Source: Phototrophicaceae bacterium (lineage in GTDB: Bacteria; Chloroflexota; Anaerolineae; Aggregatilineales; Phototrophicaceae). From it: a stretch of DNA of 64,000 nt. Location of the stretch: contig OZ245017.1 of the NCBI GenBank assembly GCA_965223785.1, positions 1,537,068-1,601,067 on the forward strand, read 5' to 3'. Positions within the stretch are counted from its first letter, which is position 1; every line of letters begins with the position of its first letter. Shown here one piece after another: positions 41,429 through 51,164 of the stretch. A program made the translations under genes and the position numbers. Below the pieces are notes generated by a model. That model did no database searches and was not told the DNA's origin. It worked only from the letters and a program-made list of their open reading frames with translations.

Positions 41429-42537
41429 TGACCTTCGCATCCAACATGGCGCTTCTTCCCCAGCCACCGCGCATCACCGTCACGGTTGCCCCCATCTTCA
41501 ACATTTTGAACGGCATGGCAAGCCTGGCTAGTTCCGATCATGGGAATCCGGGTGTGGATGACTGGATCATCCGAACTGAAGCGGGCATGACGGAGGACAT
41601 CCGTTATAAATCGCGGTTGGTGTTCTGGGGCATTGGGCTGGAAGCGATCTGCAACCTTGCCATCGGACACGATCTACCGGACTTCCCGACGTTCCTGGAT
41701 TTTATTAGTCAGTTACAGCCCCTACCCATGCGCGAGGCCATCATCGAGGCCATCTCGAACTCATCTCATCGACGGACTTTGTTGGATAACCAGGATTTAA
41801 AGCCTCCTTTACTGAATCCGCTGGAAGTTTCGGAAGAAGCGTTTATCGAATTCTTGATGCATGTTGATTACAAAGGCATCGATACTGATCTGGTCCATGA
41901 TCTTTATCGCCTGCTCCATACACCAGACGCCCTGCATACTTTTCTGGTCGAGCACCTGACGTTGATGTGGGAGACCTACCTCAAAGACGAATGGGCACGC
42001 ATCCGGCCTTTGATCGAACAATCGGTACAGGCGTTCCAGTATATTGATGTGCGTGAGCTATCGATAATGGAAGCATTAAAGGTCATCATTGGGCGCGACC
42101 TGCGAACGATTTTCAACGAGGTGGAACTGAACACCTTTGATGAATTGCGCTTGTTCCCCAACAAGCATACGGGCCCTTATGTGGTCTGGTTTGGCAACAC
42201 CTCGATCCTATACATTGGCTTTGGTTTGCGCTTCTCTACTGGTGTCCAGTTGAGCGACTCCCACAACGTTGAATTGGTTAACCGGCTGAAGTCCCTGGCG
42301 GATGAAACCCGGCTTCACATCTTGTTGGGCCTGCGCCAGCATGGTGAACTGGGCACGCAACAGATTATGGACTTGTTTGATCTGAACAGGTCGGCGGCCT
42401 CACGACATCTGCGTAGTCTACACGCCAGCGGACTTGTGAAAGAGCGCCGAGATAGTGACAACAAGAGCAAGTTTTACAGCATCAGCCGGACGGGGCTGGA
42501 AGAGATCATCCGGTCGCTGAATATGCTGATGGTCTAG
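41428..42537 (+). CDS. Two-domain protein with a C-terminal ArsR/SmtB-type winged HTH
   Basis: C-terminal LADETRLHILLGLRQHGELGTQQIMDLFDLNRSAASRHLRSLHASGLVKERRDSDNKSKFYSI matches the ArsR fold. The N-terminal ~270 aa are unknown. Confidence 0.6.
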   Translation: MTFASNMALLPQPPRITVTVAPIFNILNGMASLASSDHGNPGVDDWIIRTEAGMTEDIRYKSRLVFWGIGLEAICNLAIGHDLPDFPTFLDFISQLQPLPMREAIIEAISNSSHRRTLLDNQDLKPPLLNPLEVSEEAFIEFLMHVDYKGIDTDLVHDLYRLLHTPDALHTFLVEHLTLMWETYLKDEWARIRPLIEQSVQAFQYIDVRELSIMEALKVIIGRDLRTIFNEVELNTFDELRLFPNKHTGPYVVWFGNTSILYIGFGLRFSTGVQLSDSHNVELVNRLKSLADETRLHILLGLRQHGELGTQQIMDLFDLNRSAASRHLRSLHASGLVKERRDSDNKSKFYSISRTGLEEIIRSLNMLMV

Positions 42538-42540
42538 CGG

Positions 42541-42858
42541 CGGCGACACAACTTTTTTGCTGCAATTGCGGCAACTTTTCTGGAGGGATGCCTGTTTGCA
42601 AGGCATTCAGGGTGACGTTGCTGTGTTGGAGTGAATTGGCATAAGGGCATTTTCCAGGTTCGCTGATTTGAACAGATATTCTTATTATAGCACGGGTTAG
42701 AGCATTTACGAGAACATACGTTCTGTGTTTTGGACACAGGGGATGGGAACTTGAAAGTAATCGACATTTGGTGGTTTGTTACCACCAATTTCAACGAGTT
42801 CTCCTAGATACTGAGCAAAACAAGCAAGGATGTCGCGTTCGGTGTTGGTTGCTATGTG
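42541..42858 (-). repeat. Copy 1 of a ~300-bp direct repeat carrying a LexA box (42711-42724, AGAACATACGTTCT) overlapping the -35 region of a minus-strand extended -10 promoter (tgcTATAAT; plus-strand coordinates 42684-42689)
   Basis: 42623-42858 is about 99% identical to 43268-43502. 42541-42622 is more divergent but alignable to 43209-43267. Confidence 0.7.
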
Positions 42859-43239
42859 GTGCAGACCATCCTGGCGCTGATTAGCCCCATGCTCTTGTTG
42901 GTGTTGAACTTGCAACAAGGTTTTGTGGCGGTTCTTCCCTCCTCGTTTCTTGCGGGCCAGCGAGTGGTGCAGTGGCCTGGGCTTGGCGGTAGCAGTTGGG
43001 GTTTTGAACCTTCTCACTGGTTGTTGCTCGTGCTGAGATCCCCACATCCAGTCCGACTTCTTGACCTGTCTTGGGTAATTGCGATGGCTCTGGCATTTCA
43101 ACCGCGAAGCAGGCAGACCACCGACCATTGATCTTGAAGCTGATGCTGTGAAAGCGATGGCGTCCCTTGAAACGGGGGAATGGTGAGTCCGCCGAGCAAT
43201 ACACTGCCGTCGCCGCCGCGCAACTTTTTTCGGCGGCAA
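42859..43239 (-). pseudogene. tnpB-like (IS200/IS605 family OrfB) remnant, internally deleted and frameshifted
   Basis: Frame b: ...FPRFKGRHRFHSISFKINGRW...LPKTGQEVGLDVGISA (TnpB N-terminal half and the RuvC-I GIDLGI motif). Frame a: ...LARKKRGGKNRHKTLLQVQHQQEHGANQRQDGLHHIA (the conserved post-RuvC-I Arg-rich segment). Confidence 0.5.
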
Positions 43240-43502
43240 TGGCTTGAGGGTTTCGAGAGGGGATGCCGTGTTGGAGTGAATTGGTATAAGGGCATTTTCC
43301 AGGTTCGCTGATTTGAACAGATATTCTTATTATAGCACGGGTTAGAGCATTTACGAGAACATACGTTCTGTGTTTTGGACACAGGGGATGGGAACTTGAA
43401 AGTAATCGACATTTGGTGGTTTGTTGCCACCAATTTCAACGAGTTCTCCTAGATACTGAGCAAAACAAGCAAGGATGTCGTGTTCGGTGTTGGTTGCTAT
43501 GG
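43209..43502 (-). repeat. Copy 2 of the ~300-bp direct repeat with LexA box (43356-43369) and extended -10 promoter (43329-43334, minus strand)
   Basis: See copy 1. It is followed at 43511-43560 by the IS200/IS605 right-end-like motif also seen at 14355-14400. Confidence 0.7.
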
Positions 43503-43743
43503 TTTTCGCGGTCAACGACTCTCCACTCAAGGCGAACATTCGGTTCGGGGGTGTCCCCGCGTTGATTTTCTAAGTGCCGGTTGACATTAGGCGCCAAGGT
43601 CAGCGTTTATGGACGGGTATCGGCATGTTAGACGCATATGATAAAGAATGGACAAAGAGACAATTCATCGCCTAAACCCTGACGCGGAATACACAATTAT
43701 ATTATTATTTTTATCAAATTGTTAATGAGAATATAAAATTAGG

Positions 43744-43773
43744 TTGCAAAAATTTTATGATGTGTGTTAAAAT
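43744..43773 (+). promoter_or_regulatory. Candidate promoter for the giant nuclease gene (TTGCAA-18-TAAAAT with TGn extension)
   Basis: AT-rich 190-bp upstream region; hexamers at 43744-43749 and 43768-43773. Confidence 0.4.
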
Positions 43774-43809
43774 CCAGGCGATGTGTTCGTCATTACATAA
43801 GGTTTATTT

Positions 43810-46800
43810 ATGAAACTATCGTTACAACGTCAAAGGATAATTTATAATATCCTCTTATTCCTACTTTTGATCGCTTTAGATTCAGAACCTAACAAGGCAC
43901 AGGCTCCGGGGGCATCACCGCTCCTTATCAGTGAGATTGTTGTCACACCAACCGGGGGCGAGTTTATCGAGATTTACAACCCTGGTGACGGCCCTGTTAA
44001 TCTTAGCAATGTCTACCTGACAGATGCAACGCATGCCAAGAGCAAAACATACTATTATAACATTGTGACGGGTACTAAAGCGGGTGGCGGGAACTATAGT
44101 GATTTTCATGCACGATTTCCTGATGGGGCCACAATCGGACCCAAGGAGTATCAAACAATTGCACTGAATAGCTCCTTTTCGTCTAGCTACAATGTAGATC
44201 CAACTTATGAACTTTACGGAGACAGTACGGATAACATTCTAGACATGCGCGAGGCGTTTTCGGGCTCAATCATGAGATCACAACCACAGTATGGAACATT
44301 GACTAACAATCACGAGGTCATCATCCTTTATTATTGGGATGGAACTACTGATCTTGTAACGGATCTGGATTATGTTGTCTGGGGTAACAAGGCCGAAGCC
44401 GTTGATAAGTCAAGAGTTGCAATTGACGGGCCAGATGCGGATAGTTCAACCACGGCTTATAAAGGTGACACTGCCGCCTTAGACCAAGATGTGATTAGCG
44501 ATAGCAGGCATGGGAATGACAAATCCTGGCAACGCCGAGACTATAATGAAGGTACTGAAGAGACATCAGGTGGCAATGGCGTAGCTGGACATGATGAAAC
44601 CTCAGAAAATCTGGGGGATACATTCTGTGAAGAACGACCAACACCCAACGCCGAAAGTGCATGTCCGAACAATGCTGCTCCTACACAAGGCCCCCCCTCG
44701 GTACGACAAACGAATCCAGTAGACGGTAACTCAATTGTAGAAACCGGGAACATTACAATCACATTTAGCAAACCTGTAACATTATCTGGTGACTGGTTTA
44801 CAATGGTTTGTGGTGCTAACACCTACTCCGTTGGTAATACCAATGTCACAGATACTCACAAACAAACCTTTACTCTTGATCCCCAGACGGATCTCGTTGA
44901 GGGTGCTTCTTGCAGGGTAACAATCCTCGCATCCCAAGTGGAAGATCAAGACGGTAACGGGCTACCTTCTGACTACGTATTTAGCTTCACAGTTGTTAAA
45001 GCGTGCAGTTCTCAGCTATCCGTGCATATTTATGATCTACAAGAGAATGGGGCCCGGTCTGGTCAAAAGGGGCCATTTACGGTTGAAGGTGTTGTGGTCG
45101 GTGATTTTCAGGCACTTCAGGAACATAGTAGACTCAAAGGGTTCTATCTCCAAGCTGCAACAGGCGACGGAAATCTTAACACCTCGGATGGCATATTCGT
45201 ATTCGATGGCGGGAATCCGGCGTTGGGTGTATCAGTAGGGGACGTGATTCGAGTAACGGGTACAGTATCCGAACGCCATGATCAAACGCAAATCAGCGCA
45301 TCATCTATTGAGGCATGTAGTACAACGGCAACTATCGCACCTCTCCCTGTAACCCTACCAATCGTAGATTGGGAGCGATACGAGGGGATGCTCATCCAAA
45401 TTTCTGGTGAAAATAGCGGCATATTAACCGTTACAGACACGTACAACTTAGGAAAACATGGCGAGATAACCGTTTCATCCAGTGGTCGCCTCTACAATCC
45501 GCTGCAAATTCATCCACCTGGGAGCGCAGAAGCTCGTGAGTTAAAAGAACTGAACAACCGTAACGTTATCATTATTGATGATGACCGAGATGGAGAGCTT
45601 TACCAAGACAGTCTGGTTCCATTTATGGCCAAGCCGTCCGATATCTTTCGGCAGGGATTCACAACACCATCTATTACAGGTGTGCTTGGATATGGTTTCG
45701 GTAAATATCGACTGAGAACGACTGTCGCCCCAATATGGACGCCTGCCAATCCACGTTCATCCGCCCCGGAAGACACTGGAGGAAAATTGACCGTTGCCAG
45801 CTTCAACTTGCTGAACTACTTCAACGGCGATGATGCAGGTAGTTTTCACAATTCAAGGGGGGCGAAGACGGCTGAAGAGTTCGCACTCCAGGCACCCAAG
45901 CTCGTATCCGCGATTTGTGCCATGAACGCTGATATTGTGGGTCTGATGGAACTCGAAAATGACAATGACGATTCATCAGATGGCATAAGCAGTGCAATTG
46001 AAACACTGGTCAGTCGTTTGAACGCTGTCCCCAATTGTGGCCCGTTTAGCTATATCCAAACCGGAATTCTGGATGCAGATGGTATTCGTGTAGGATTGAT
46101 CTATAAGCCAGGTAGTGTGACCCCGGTTGGAAACCCTGTAGCCATACCCAATACAGCACCTTACAGTAGTCTGTTCTACGGGAAAAACACATCACGGGTC
46201 CCAGTTGCCCAGACCTTCAAAGATACTCAGAATGCTGTGTTGACAGTTGTTGTCAATCACTTTAAATCAAAGGGTTGTCGTGAGGCTACTGGTCCTAATG
46301 CCAATCAGCATGATGGGCAAAGTTGCTGGAATAATCGACGCACAGAATCAGCTCGTGCTCTATTACAGTGGCTGGCGACTGACCCAACTGGGAGTAATGA
46401 CCCTGATATATTGATCTTGGGCGACCTCAATGCATATGCCCAAGAGGATCCCATCAAGGCTCTCACAGACAATGGGTATGTCGATCTAGCGGCGGCCCAT
46501 AGCACAGCAGATCCGCTTTATTCCTATGTGTACTTTGGAGAGGTAGGTACTCTGGATTATGCCTTCGGGAGCCCGAGCCTTGCTAGACAAGTAACTGGCG
46601 CAACCATATGGCACATCAATACAGATGAGCCAAGGATTCGTGAGTATCAGAAGACTGTGTATAGTAAGAAGCCTCCAGAGAAACACAGCCCCACCTATCT
46701 CTATGAAAGTAACGCTTTCCGTTCTTCGGACCATGATCCGGTGATTGTTGGTCTTGAATTGATAGCTCCCATAGCAAACGATGATCCCACCTACACGGTT

Positions 46801-48714
46801 GCCTCAGGTGGCACACTCACCATCGCACAACGCGATCAAGGCATCCTGGCCAATGACACCGATCCTGACACTGGAACCAACGCTGGCTTGACCATCGTCG
46901 GTGGTGAGAACACCAACCTTGCTCTTACACCAGTTGAGGCAGGCACGCTTCATCTGAAGGCTGATGGCACCTTCACTTACACCGCACCTGGAAACTTTGC
47001 AGGCGAGGCTACCTTTACCTACCAAGCTCAGGACACTGCGGGAGCGCAATCCAATGTGGCTACCGTGACCATTACGGTCACCAATCCACCACCTGCTAAC
47101 CAGGCTCCCACAGCTAACAATGACCCTAACTACACGGTTGCCTCAGGCAGCACACTCACCGTCACACAACCTGCTCAAGGCGTGCTGGCCAATGACACCG
47201 ATCCTGACACTGGAAACAACACTGGCTTGACTATCGTCGGTGGTGAGAACACCAACCTTGCTCTTACACCAGTTGAGGCAGGCACGCTTCATCTGAAGGC
47301 TGATGGCACCTTCACTTACACCGCACCTGGAAACTTTGCAGGCGAGGCTACCTTTACCTACCAAGCTCAGGACACTGCGGGAGCGCAATCCAATGTGGCT
47401 ACTGTCACCATTACGGTCACCAATCCACCACCTGCTAACCAGGCTCCCACAGCTAACAATGACCCTAACTACACGGTTGCCTCAGGCAGCACACTCACCG
47501 TCACACAACCTGCTCAAGGCATCCTGGCCAATGACACCGATCCTGACACTGGAAACAACACTGGCTTGACTATCGTCGGTGGTGAGAACACCAACCTTGC
47601 TCTTACACCAGTTGAGGCAGGCACGCTTCATCTGAAGGCTGATGGCACCTTCACTTACACCGCACCTGGAAACTTTGCAGGCGAGGCTACCTTTACCTAC
47701 CAAGCTCAAGACACTGCGGGAGCGCAATCCAATGTGGCTACTGTCACCATTACGGTCACCAATTCGGCTCCACCAACTTGTAGCATGGGTAACCTACCTG
47801 TACAGCCCACCTTGAGTTGGCAACGCCCTGCCGATCAGACCGATCCCTGGTATCAACTCCTCCTCTGGAACAAGACCACCGAAACGATTGTTTTTGACGA
47901 ATGGGTTGCCAACACCATCTGTACCGGTCAGTCTTGCAACCTGCAAACTGCAAGTTATCTTCCCGAATACGGCTTGCTCAATGGAGTATATGAACTCTAT
48001 ATCCGCACGACCTCCGATGGAAACACCTTCTCCGATTGGACTGTGGTCGCCCCTCATCAGGTCAACCGGGCTGCCCCGCAGCTTCCAGATGTAACAAACA
48101 TCCAAACCCAGGACCAGGGGCGTGCCCAGATCACGCTCCCTCGTGACGACAACGCCCTTTACTACCAGGTCTATATTGGCAAGCAAGACAATCAACAGCA
48201 TCTGCAATGGTATAGGAAGCATCATCCGATGTGCTGTGGCAATACGTGTACCTTTGATCTGGACTTCTACTTACTCAATGGCCAGTATGTCCTGTATGTC
48301 CGAGCCTGGGGACCAGCAGGCCTCAGTACTGGCGGCATCCAGGGTTGGGGCGGTCCCTTCAACTTCGAGGTCAATGACCCAGCCCCGACAGGAGCGACCG
48401 ATCTGAACGCCACCTTGCTGGCCAACGGGAAACCGCAATTCGGTTGGACGGCCCCTGCCCACGCCCCCTGGTATAACTTCTGGGTGGGAACCATCTCATC
48501 TGAAGGAGAAGCTACAACAGCGTATACAACCTACCTGTTTGGCAGAGATCTCAAGTGTGTAGCAGTGGGTCAGGCCTGCGTATTTGAGCCGGATATCGAT
48601 CTGGCGGCTGGCTCCTATTCGTGGTATGTGCTGGCTATAGGACCGGGTGGCAACGCGACCGGTGGCTGGCGCGATACGGGGTGGGTGGAAGGTCCGGCAC
48701 TCATCAAGCCTTAA
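43810..48714 (+). CDS. Giant secreted ExeM/NucH-family extracellular nuclease (LTD domain, EEP nuclease domain, 3 Ig-like tandem repeats, C-terminal beta-rich domains)
   Basis: Signal peptide. Lamin-tail domain (LLISEIVVTPTGGEFIEIYNPGDGPVNLSNVYLTD). Endonuclease/exonuclease/phosphatase core (LTVASFNLLNYF...GDLNAY...SDHDPV). Three 113-aa repeats (ANxDPxYTVASG...TVTITVTN). Confidence 0.8.
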   Translation: MKLSLQRQRIIYNILLFLLLIALDSEPNKAQAPGASPLLISEIVVTPTGGEFIEIYNPGDGPVNLSNVYLTDATHAKSKTYYYNIVTGTKAGGGNYSDFHARFPDGATIGPKEYQTIALNSSFSSSYNVDPTYELYGDSTDNILDMREAFSGSIMRSQPQYGTLTNNHEVIILYYWDGTTDLVTDLDYVVWGNKAEAVDKSRVAIDGPDADSSTTAYKGDTAALDQDVISDSRHGNDKSWQRRDYNEGTEETSGGNGVAGHDETSENLGDTFCEERPTPNAESACPNNAAPTQGPPSVRQTNPVDGNSIVETGNITITFSKPVTLSGDWFTMVCGANTYSVGNTNVTDTHKQTFTLDPQTDLVEGASCRVTILASQVEDQDGNGLPSDYVFSFTVVKACSSQLSVHIYDLQENGARSGQKGPFTVEGVVVGDFQALQEHSRLKGFYLQAATGDGNLNTSDGIFVFDGGNPALGVSVGDVIRVTGTVSERHDQTQISASSIEACSTTATIAPLPVTLPIVDWERYEGMLIQISGENSGILTVTDTYNLGKHGEITVSSSGRLYNPLQIHPPGSAEARELKELNNRNVIIIDDDRDGELYQDSLVPFMAKPSDIFRQGFTTPSITGVLGYGFGKYRLRTTVAPIWTPANPRSSAPEDTGGKLTVASFNLLNYFNGDDAGSFHNSRGAKTAEEFALQAPKLVSAICAMNADIVGLMELENDNDDSSDGISSAIETLVSRLNAVPNCGPFSYIQTGILDADGIRVGLIYKPGSVTPVGNPVAIPNTAPYSSLFYGKNTSRVPVAQTFKDTQNAVLTVVVNHFKSKGCREATGPNANQHDGQSCWNNRRTESARALLQWLATDPTGSNDPDILILGDLNAYAQEDPIKALTDNGYVDLAAAHSTADPLYSYVYFGEVGTLDYAFGSPSLARQVTGATIWHINTDEPRIREYQKTVYSKKPPEKHSPTYLYESNAFRSSDHDPVIVGLELIAPIANDDPTYTVASGGTLTIAQRDQGILANDTDPDTGTNAGLTIVGGENTNLALTPVEAGTLHLKADGTFTYTAPGNFAGEATFTYQAQDTAGAQSNVATVTITVTNPPPANQAPTANNDPNYTVASGSTLTVTQPAQGVLANDTDPDTGNNTGLTIVGGENTNLALTPVEAGTLHLKADGTFTYTAPGNFAGEATFTYQAQDTAGAQSNVATVTITVTNPPPANQAPTANNDPNYTVASGSTLTVTQPAQGILANDTDPDTGNNTGLTIVGGENTNLALTPVEAGTLHLKADGTFTYTAPGNFAGEATFTYQAQDTAGAQSNVATVTITVTNSAPPTCSMGNLPVQPTLSWQRPADQTDPWYQLLLWNKTTETIVFDEWVANTICTGQSCNLQTASYLPEYGLLNGVYELYIRTTSDGNTFSDWTVVAPHQVNRAAPQLPDVTNIQTQDQGRAQITLPRDDNALYYQVYIGKQDNQQHLQWYRKHHPMCCGNTCTFDLDFYLLNGQYVLYVRAWGPAGLSTGGIQGWGGPFNFEVNDPAPTGATDLNATLLANGKPQFGWTAPAHAPWYNFWVGTISSEGEATTAYTTYLFGRDLKCVAVGQACVFEPDIDLAAGSYSWYVLAIGPGGNATGGWRDTGWVEGPALIKP
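46774..47790 (+). repeat. Three in-frame tandem repeats of 339 bp inside the nuclease gene. Copies 2 and 3 are near-identical; copy 1 is more diverged.
   Basis: Repeat starts at 46774, 47113 and 47452 (gc(a/t)aacgatga/gctaacaatgaccc...). Confidence 0.85.
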
Positions 48715-48736
48715 ATCAAGCAAGCAACTCAACAAA

Positions 48737-48772
48737 ACCACCGTCTACAAGGCGGTGGTTTTTCTCTTTAAA
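48737..48772 (+). terminator. Rho-independent terminator after the nuclease gene
   Basis: AAAACCACCGTCTACAAGGCGGTGGTTTTTCTCTTT. Confidence 0.6.
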
Positions 48773-48915
48773 ATTTATACAATATATCCACCTCAACTTG
48801 TGTTCTTTCTCTGCAACGACCATAATGTAAAAAATCGTTAAAGATTTGCTTATGCGTATCAAAATTCTAGTACGATATTAGAAGTCGAAATCGAGATGAG
48901 TATACGATTCTCACT

Positions 48916-49485
48916 GTGATTAAAGAAAACACTTACGACATTAACTTTGTCGCACCCCACACACCGTCAGGCTGTGTCAGCCTACTCGAATCATTTGTAG
49001 ACGGCCAGGTTGATCTATGGGTGAATACCCGAATCAAGATGAAGGAATTCCACAACGGAAGTTATTACTTCCGTATTTTGCGTTCTTATTATCGGCTGCC
49101 GACTCATCGCAAACCAGGACGTGGACGGGGTTATCGACGCACGAATTACGTCAAATTGAAAGCCGAGGGCTACCTGACGCCTTGGGCCGACTCCAATTCG
49201 TGTATTGTGATTGGAGATATCGAGATTTTACCCAAAACGTACATTGTAAACGGTGTTTTCCTGATGATGTTCGCGCTATTGATGCTATTGCTCACGATTA
49301 CATTTCTAGCTGATTTCATTTTCGTAGCTCCGATTATGCTAGGGGTATTATTTTCATTTGCCCATATGACGCTGATCCAACCGGAAACATTAGGAAATCA
49401 ATACAAAACCGCCCTTCTGCGCCAAATGAAACATACCTTATCTACCCCAGATTTACTGGAACCGATTGATCAGGTTTCTGGCTGA
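48916..49485 (+). CDS. Hypothetical protein with two C-terminal TM helices, in an AT-rich segment
   Basis: ORF only; low GC. No motif recognised. Confidence 0.35.
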   Translation: MIKENTYDINFVAPHTPSGCVSLLESFVDGQVDLWVNTRIKMKEFHNGSYYFRILRSYYRLPTHRKPGRGRGYRRTNYVKLKAEGYLTPWADSNSCIVIGDIEILPKTYIVNGVFLMMFALLMLLLTITFLADFIFVAPIMLGVLFSFAHMTLIQPETLGNQYKTALLRQMKHTLSTPDLLEPIDQVSG

Positions 49486-49544
49486 ATGTCGTAAACAAAA
49501 AGTACCAGACACTGTGAGACTACATTTTAATACAGATGTAACCG

Positions 49545-50756
49545 TTAGCTTTCGATTACCTTGTCATCAATTAACTGTTGCTGTACTTTCTGACCACGCG
49601 GATTAAAGGCGAAATGTTGCCCAAAGATTTCAAACTCCATATCTTGCATTGCACGCCCTGCACGATTCTTTTCGATTGTCCAGACCACCCAATTGCGGAA
49701 TTGCTTGGCATTATAGGGGTTAAAAGCGACATGATCTTTGGCAAGAATCTGATATTTATTGTTCATGATGATAGCAATATCAGATTCGTAATCGAGGGCG
49801 CTGCTGCCGCGCAGATGGAACAAGTGAATGCGCTTACTCTTCAGGCCCTCACGATCCGCTGCCACAATCGACCAGACGGGCACATCTAACGAAAGTGCGA
49901 TATCTTTCAAACCTTCAACAATGATGGTCACTTTGTCGTTCTCGTCACGGGGTCGTTCTGGATGAACGGCAACTTTTTGTAGATAGTCAATGAAAACCGT
50001 TACGTTCCCCCCTGTTGCATCACACAACCGAGCTGTCATCTCTTTGATAGCACGTAAGTTGGTAACAGCAGGGCTGGCTTTAAGCAAAATCAGGCGATCT
50101 GCATACTTTGCCATCTGAGCCGACGCTGAGGCAGTTTTGGGGTTCTCCTGGAGAATTGCCTCCAACGACCCAGCTCCTCCTTCGCGTCCCATGAACTCTT
50201 TCGCTCGCTGCGCCACAATCACCTGGTATAGATCGCGCAGGCGGATGCCTTTCGAGGTATCAATCTCTGGCGGATTCAAGCTTTCCAAACAGAGGAGACG
50301 GTGCATGAGATGGGTTTCAGTATGCTCATAGGAAAGGTAGAAGGCATATTGATCAGGACGGGACGCGATGTTGCGTGCAATTTGCAGGGTAGTGATGGTC
50401 TTACCGATGCCTTGTGCGCCGCCCAACAGGACCAATTCTGTCTTGCGCAAGCCCCCACCAATGTAGCCATCTAACGGATCGAAGCCCGTTGGAATGGGCA
50501 CATAATCAACCAAATCACCTTGAATAACGCGATCATTGGCTTCTGCCATTACCTGGGACAACGTACGGGGCATATGGGCACCACCAGACCCGCGCCCGCC
50601 CTGTTTGGCTGGTGCAGTTGGTAATGGTTTGGATGGTGTGGCTTCTAAAGGTGTGATCTCCCCCCCTGAGTTTTGATCAGGTGAAGTAATAGATGAGGGT
50701 TTTGGCTCGGTAGGCGTTGGATCGGTAAACTCCTCAGTAAAGCGTCGGGTCGACAT
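49545..50756 (-). CDS. DnaB-like helicase C-terminal (RecA-fold) domain protein with a disordered N-terminus
   Basis: Walker A GGAQGIGKT in a DnaB H1-like context (GGLRKTELVLLGG...LQIARNIA), H3-like IDYLQKV, and an H4-like SSALDYESD region. No DnaB N-terminal domain. Confidence 0.65.
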   Translation of the reverse strand: MSTRRFTEEFTDPTPTEPKPSSITSPDQNSGGEITPLEATPSKPLPTAPAKQGGRGSGGAHMPRTLSQVMAEANDRVIQGDLVDYVPIPTGFDPLDGYIGGGLRKTELVLLGGAQGIGKTITTLQIARNIASRPDQYAFYLSYEHTETHLMHRLLCLESLNPPEIDTSKGIRLRDLYQVIVAQRAKEFMGREGGAGSLEAILQENPKTASASAQMAKYADRLILLKASPAVTNLRAIKEMTARLCDATGGNVTVFIDYLQKVAVHPERPRDENDKVTIIVEGLKDIALSLDVPVWSIVAADREGLKSKRIHLFHLRGSSALDYESDIAIIMNNKYQILAKDHVAFNPYNAKQFRNWVVWTIEKNRAGRAMQDMEFEIFGQHFAFNPRGQKVQQQLIDDKVIES

Positions 50757-51164
50757 ACCCTATCCTTAGAAGATTCACATCAACTATACGCTAATCATAC
50801 AAGAGAACAAACACAACATGCAACATTCGAAGATTAAGAAAGTTCGACACCAACAAACCAAACTGTTATAAAATTAATAAATTTAATGCGAAACTTGCTC
50901 AATACTTGAACCACAACGCAGTCTAACGCATCATTTCACTTTTTATTAATTCAACAAATACAGAAACTATGCTAAAATAAGGCAGTTTTGATAGTATTTT
51001 TACTTTTTGCGTACAGTTTTTTAACAACCCCATTAAAAGGAGGCAAGCACAACTCTAAACATTCTGCATGAAATTTTGAAATCGTGTACACTGAACATTG
51101 TCCGTTAGCGGCCCCACCAGCCGCCCAAATCGCTTTCTTAGAACTATGCAGGCAGAGGTAAACC

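Noticed and set aside
42534-43439. ORFs MKLV(V/A)TNHQMSITFKF... (42534..42794 and 43098..43439) and MFALSGESLTAK... (43351..43539)
   Set aside because: Their identity simply reflects the duplicated DNA. They lack RBSs and are better explained as non-coding promoter/leader and tnpB-remnant sequence.
46774-47790. Regular tandem repeats as a possible CRISPR or minisatellite
   Set aside because: 339-bp in-frame units with no spacers, inside a continuous CDS. They are protein domain repeats.
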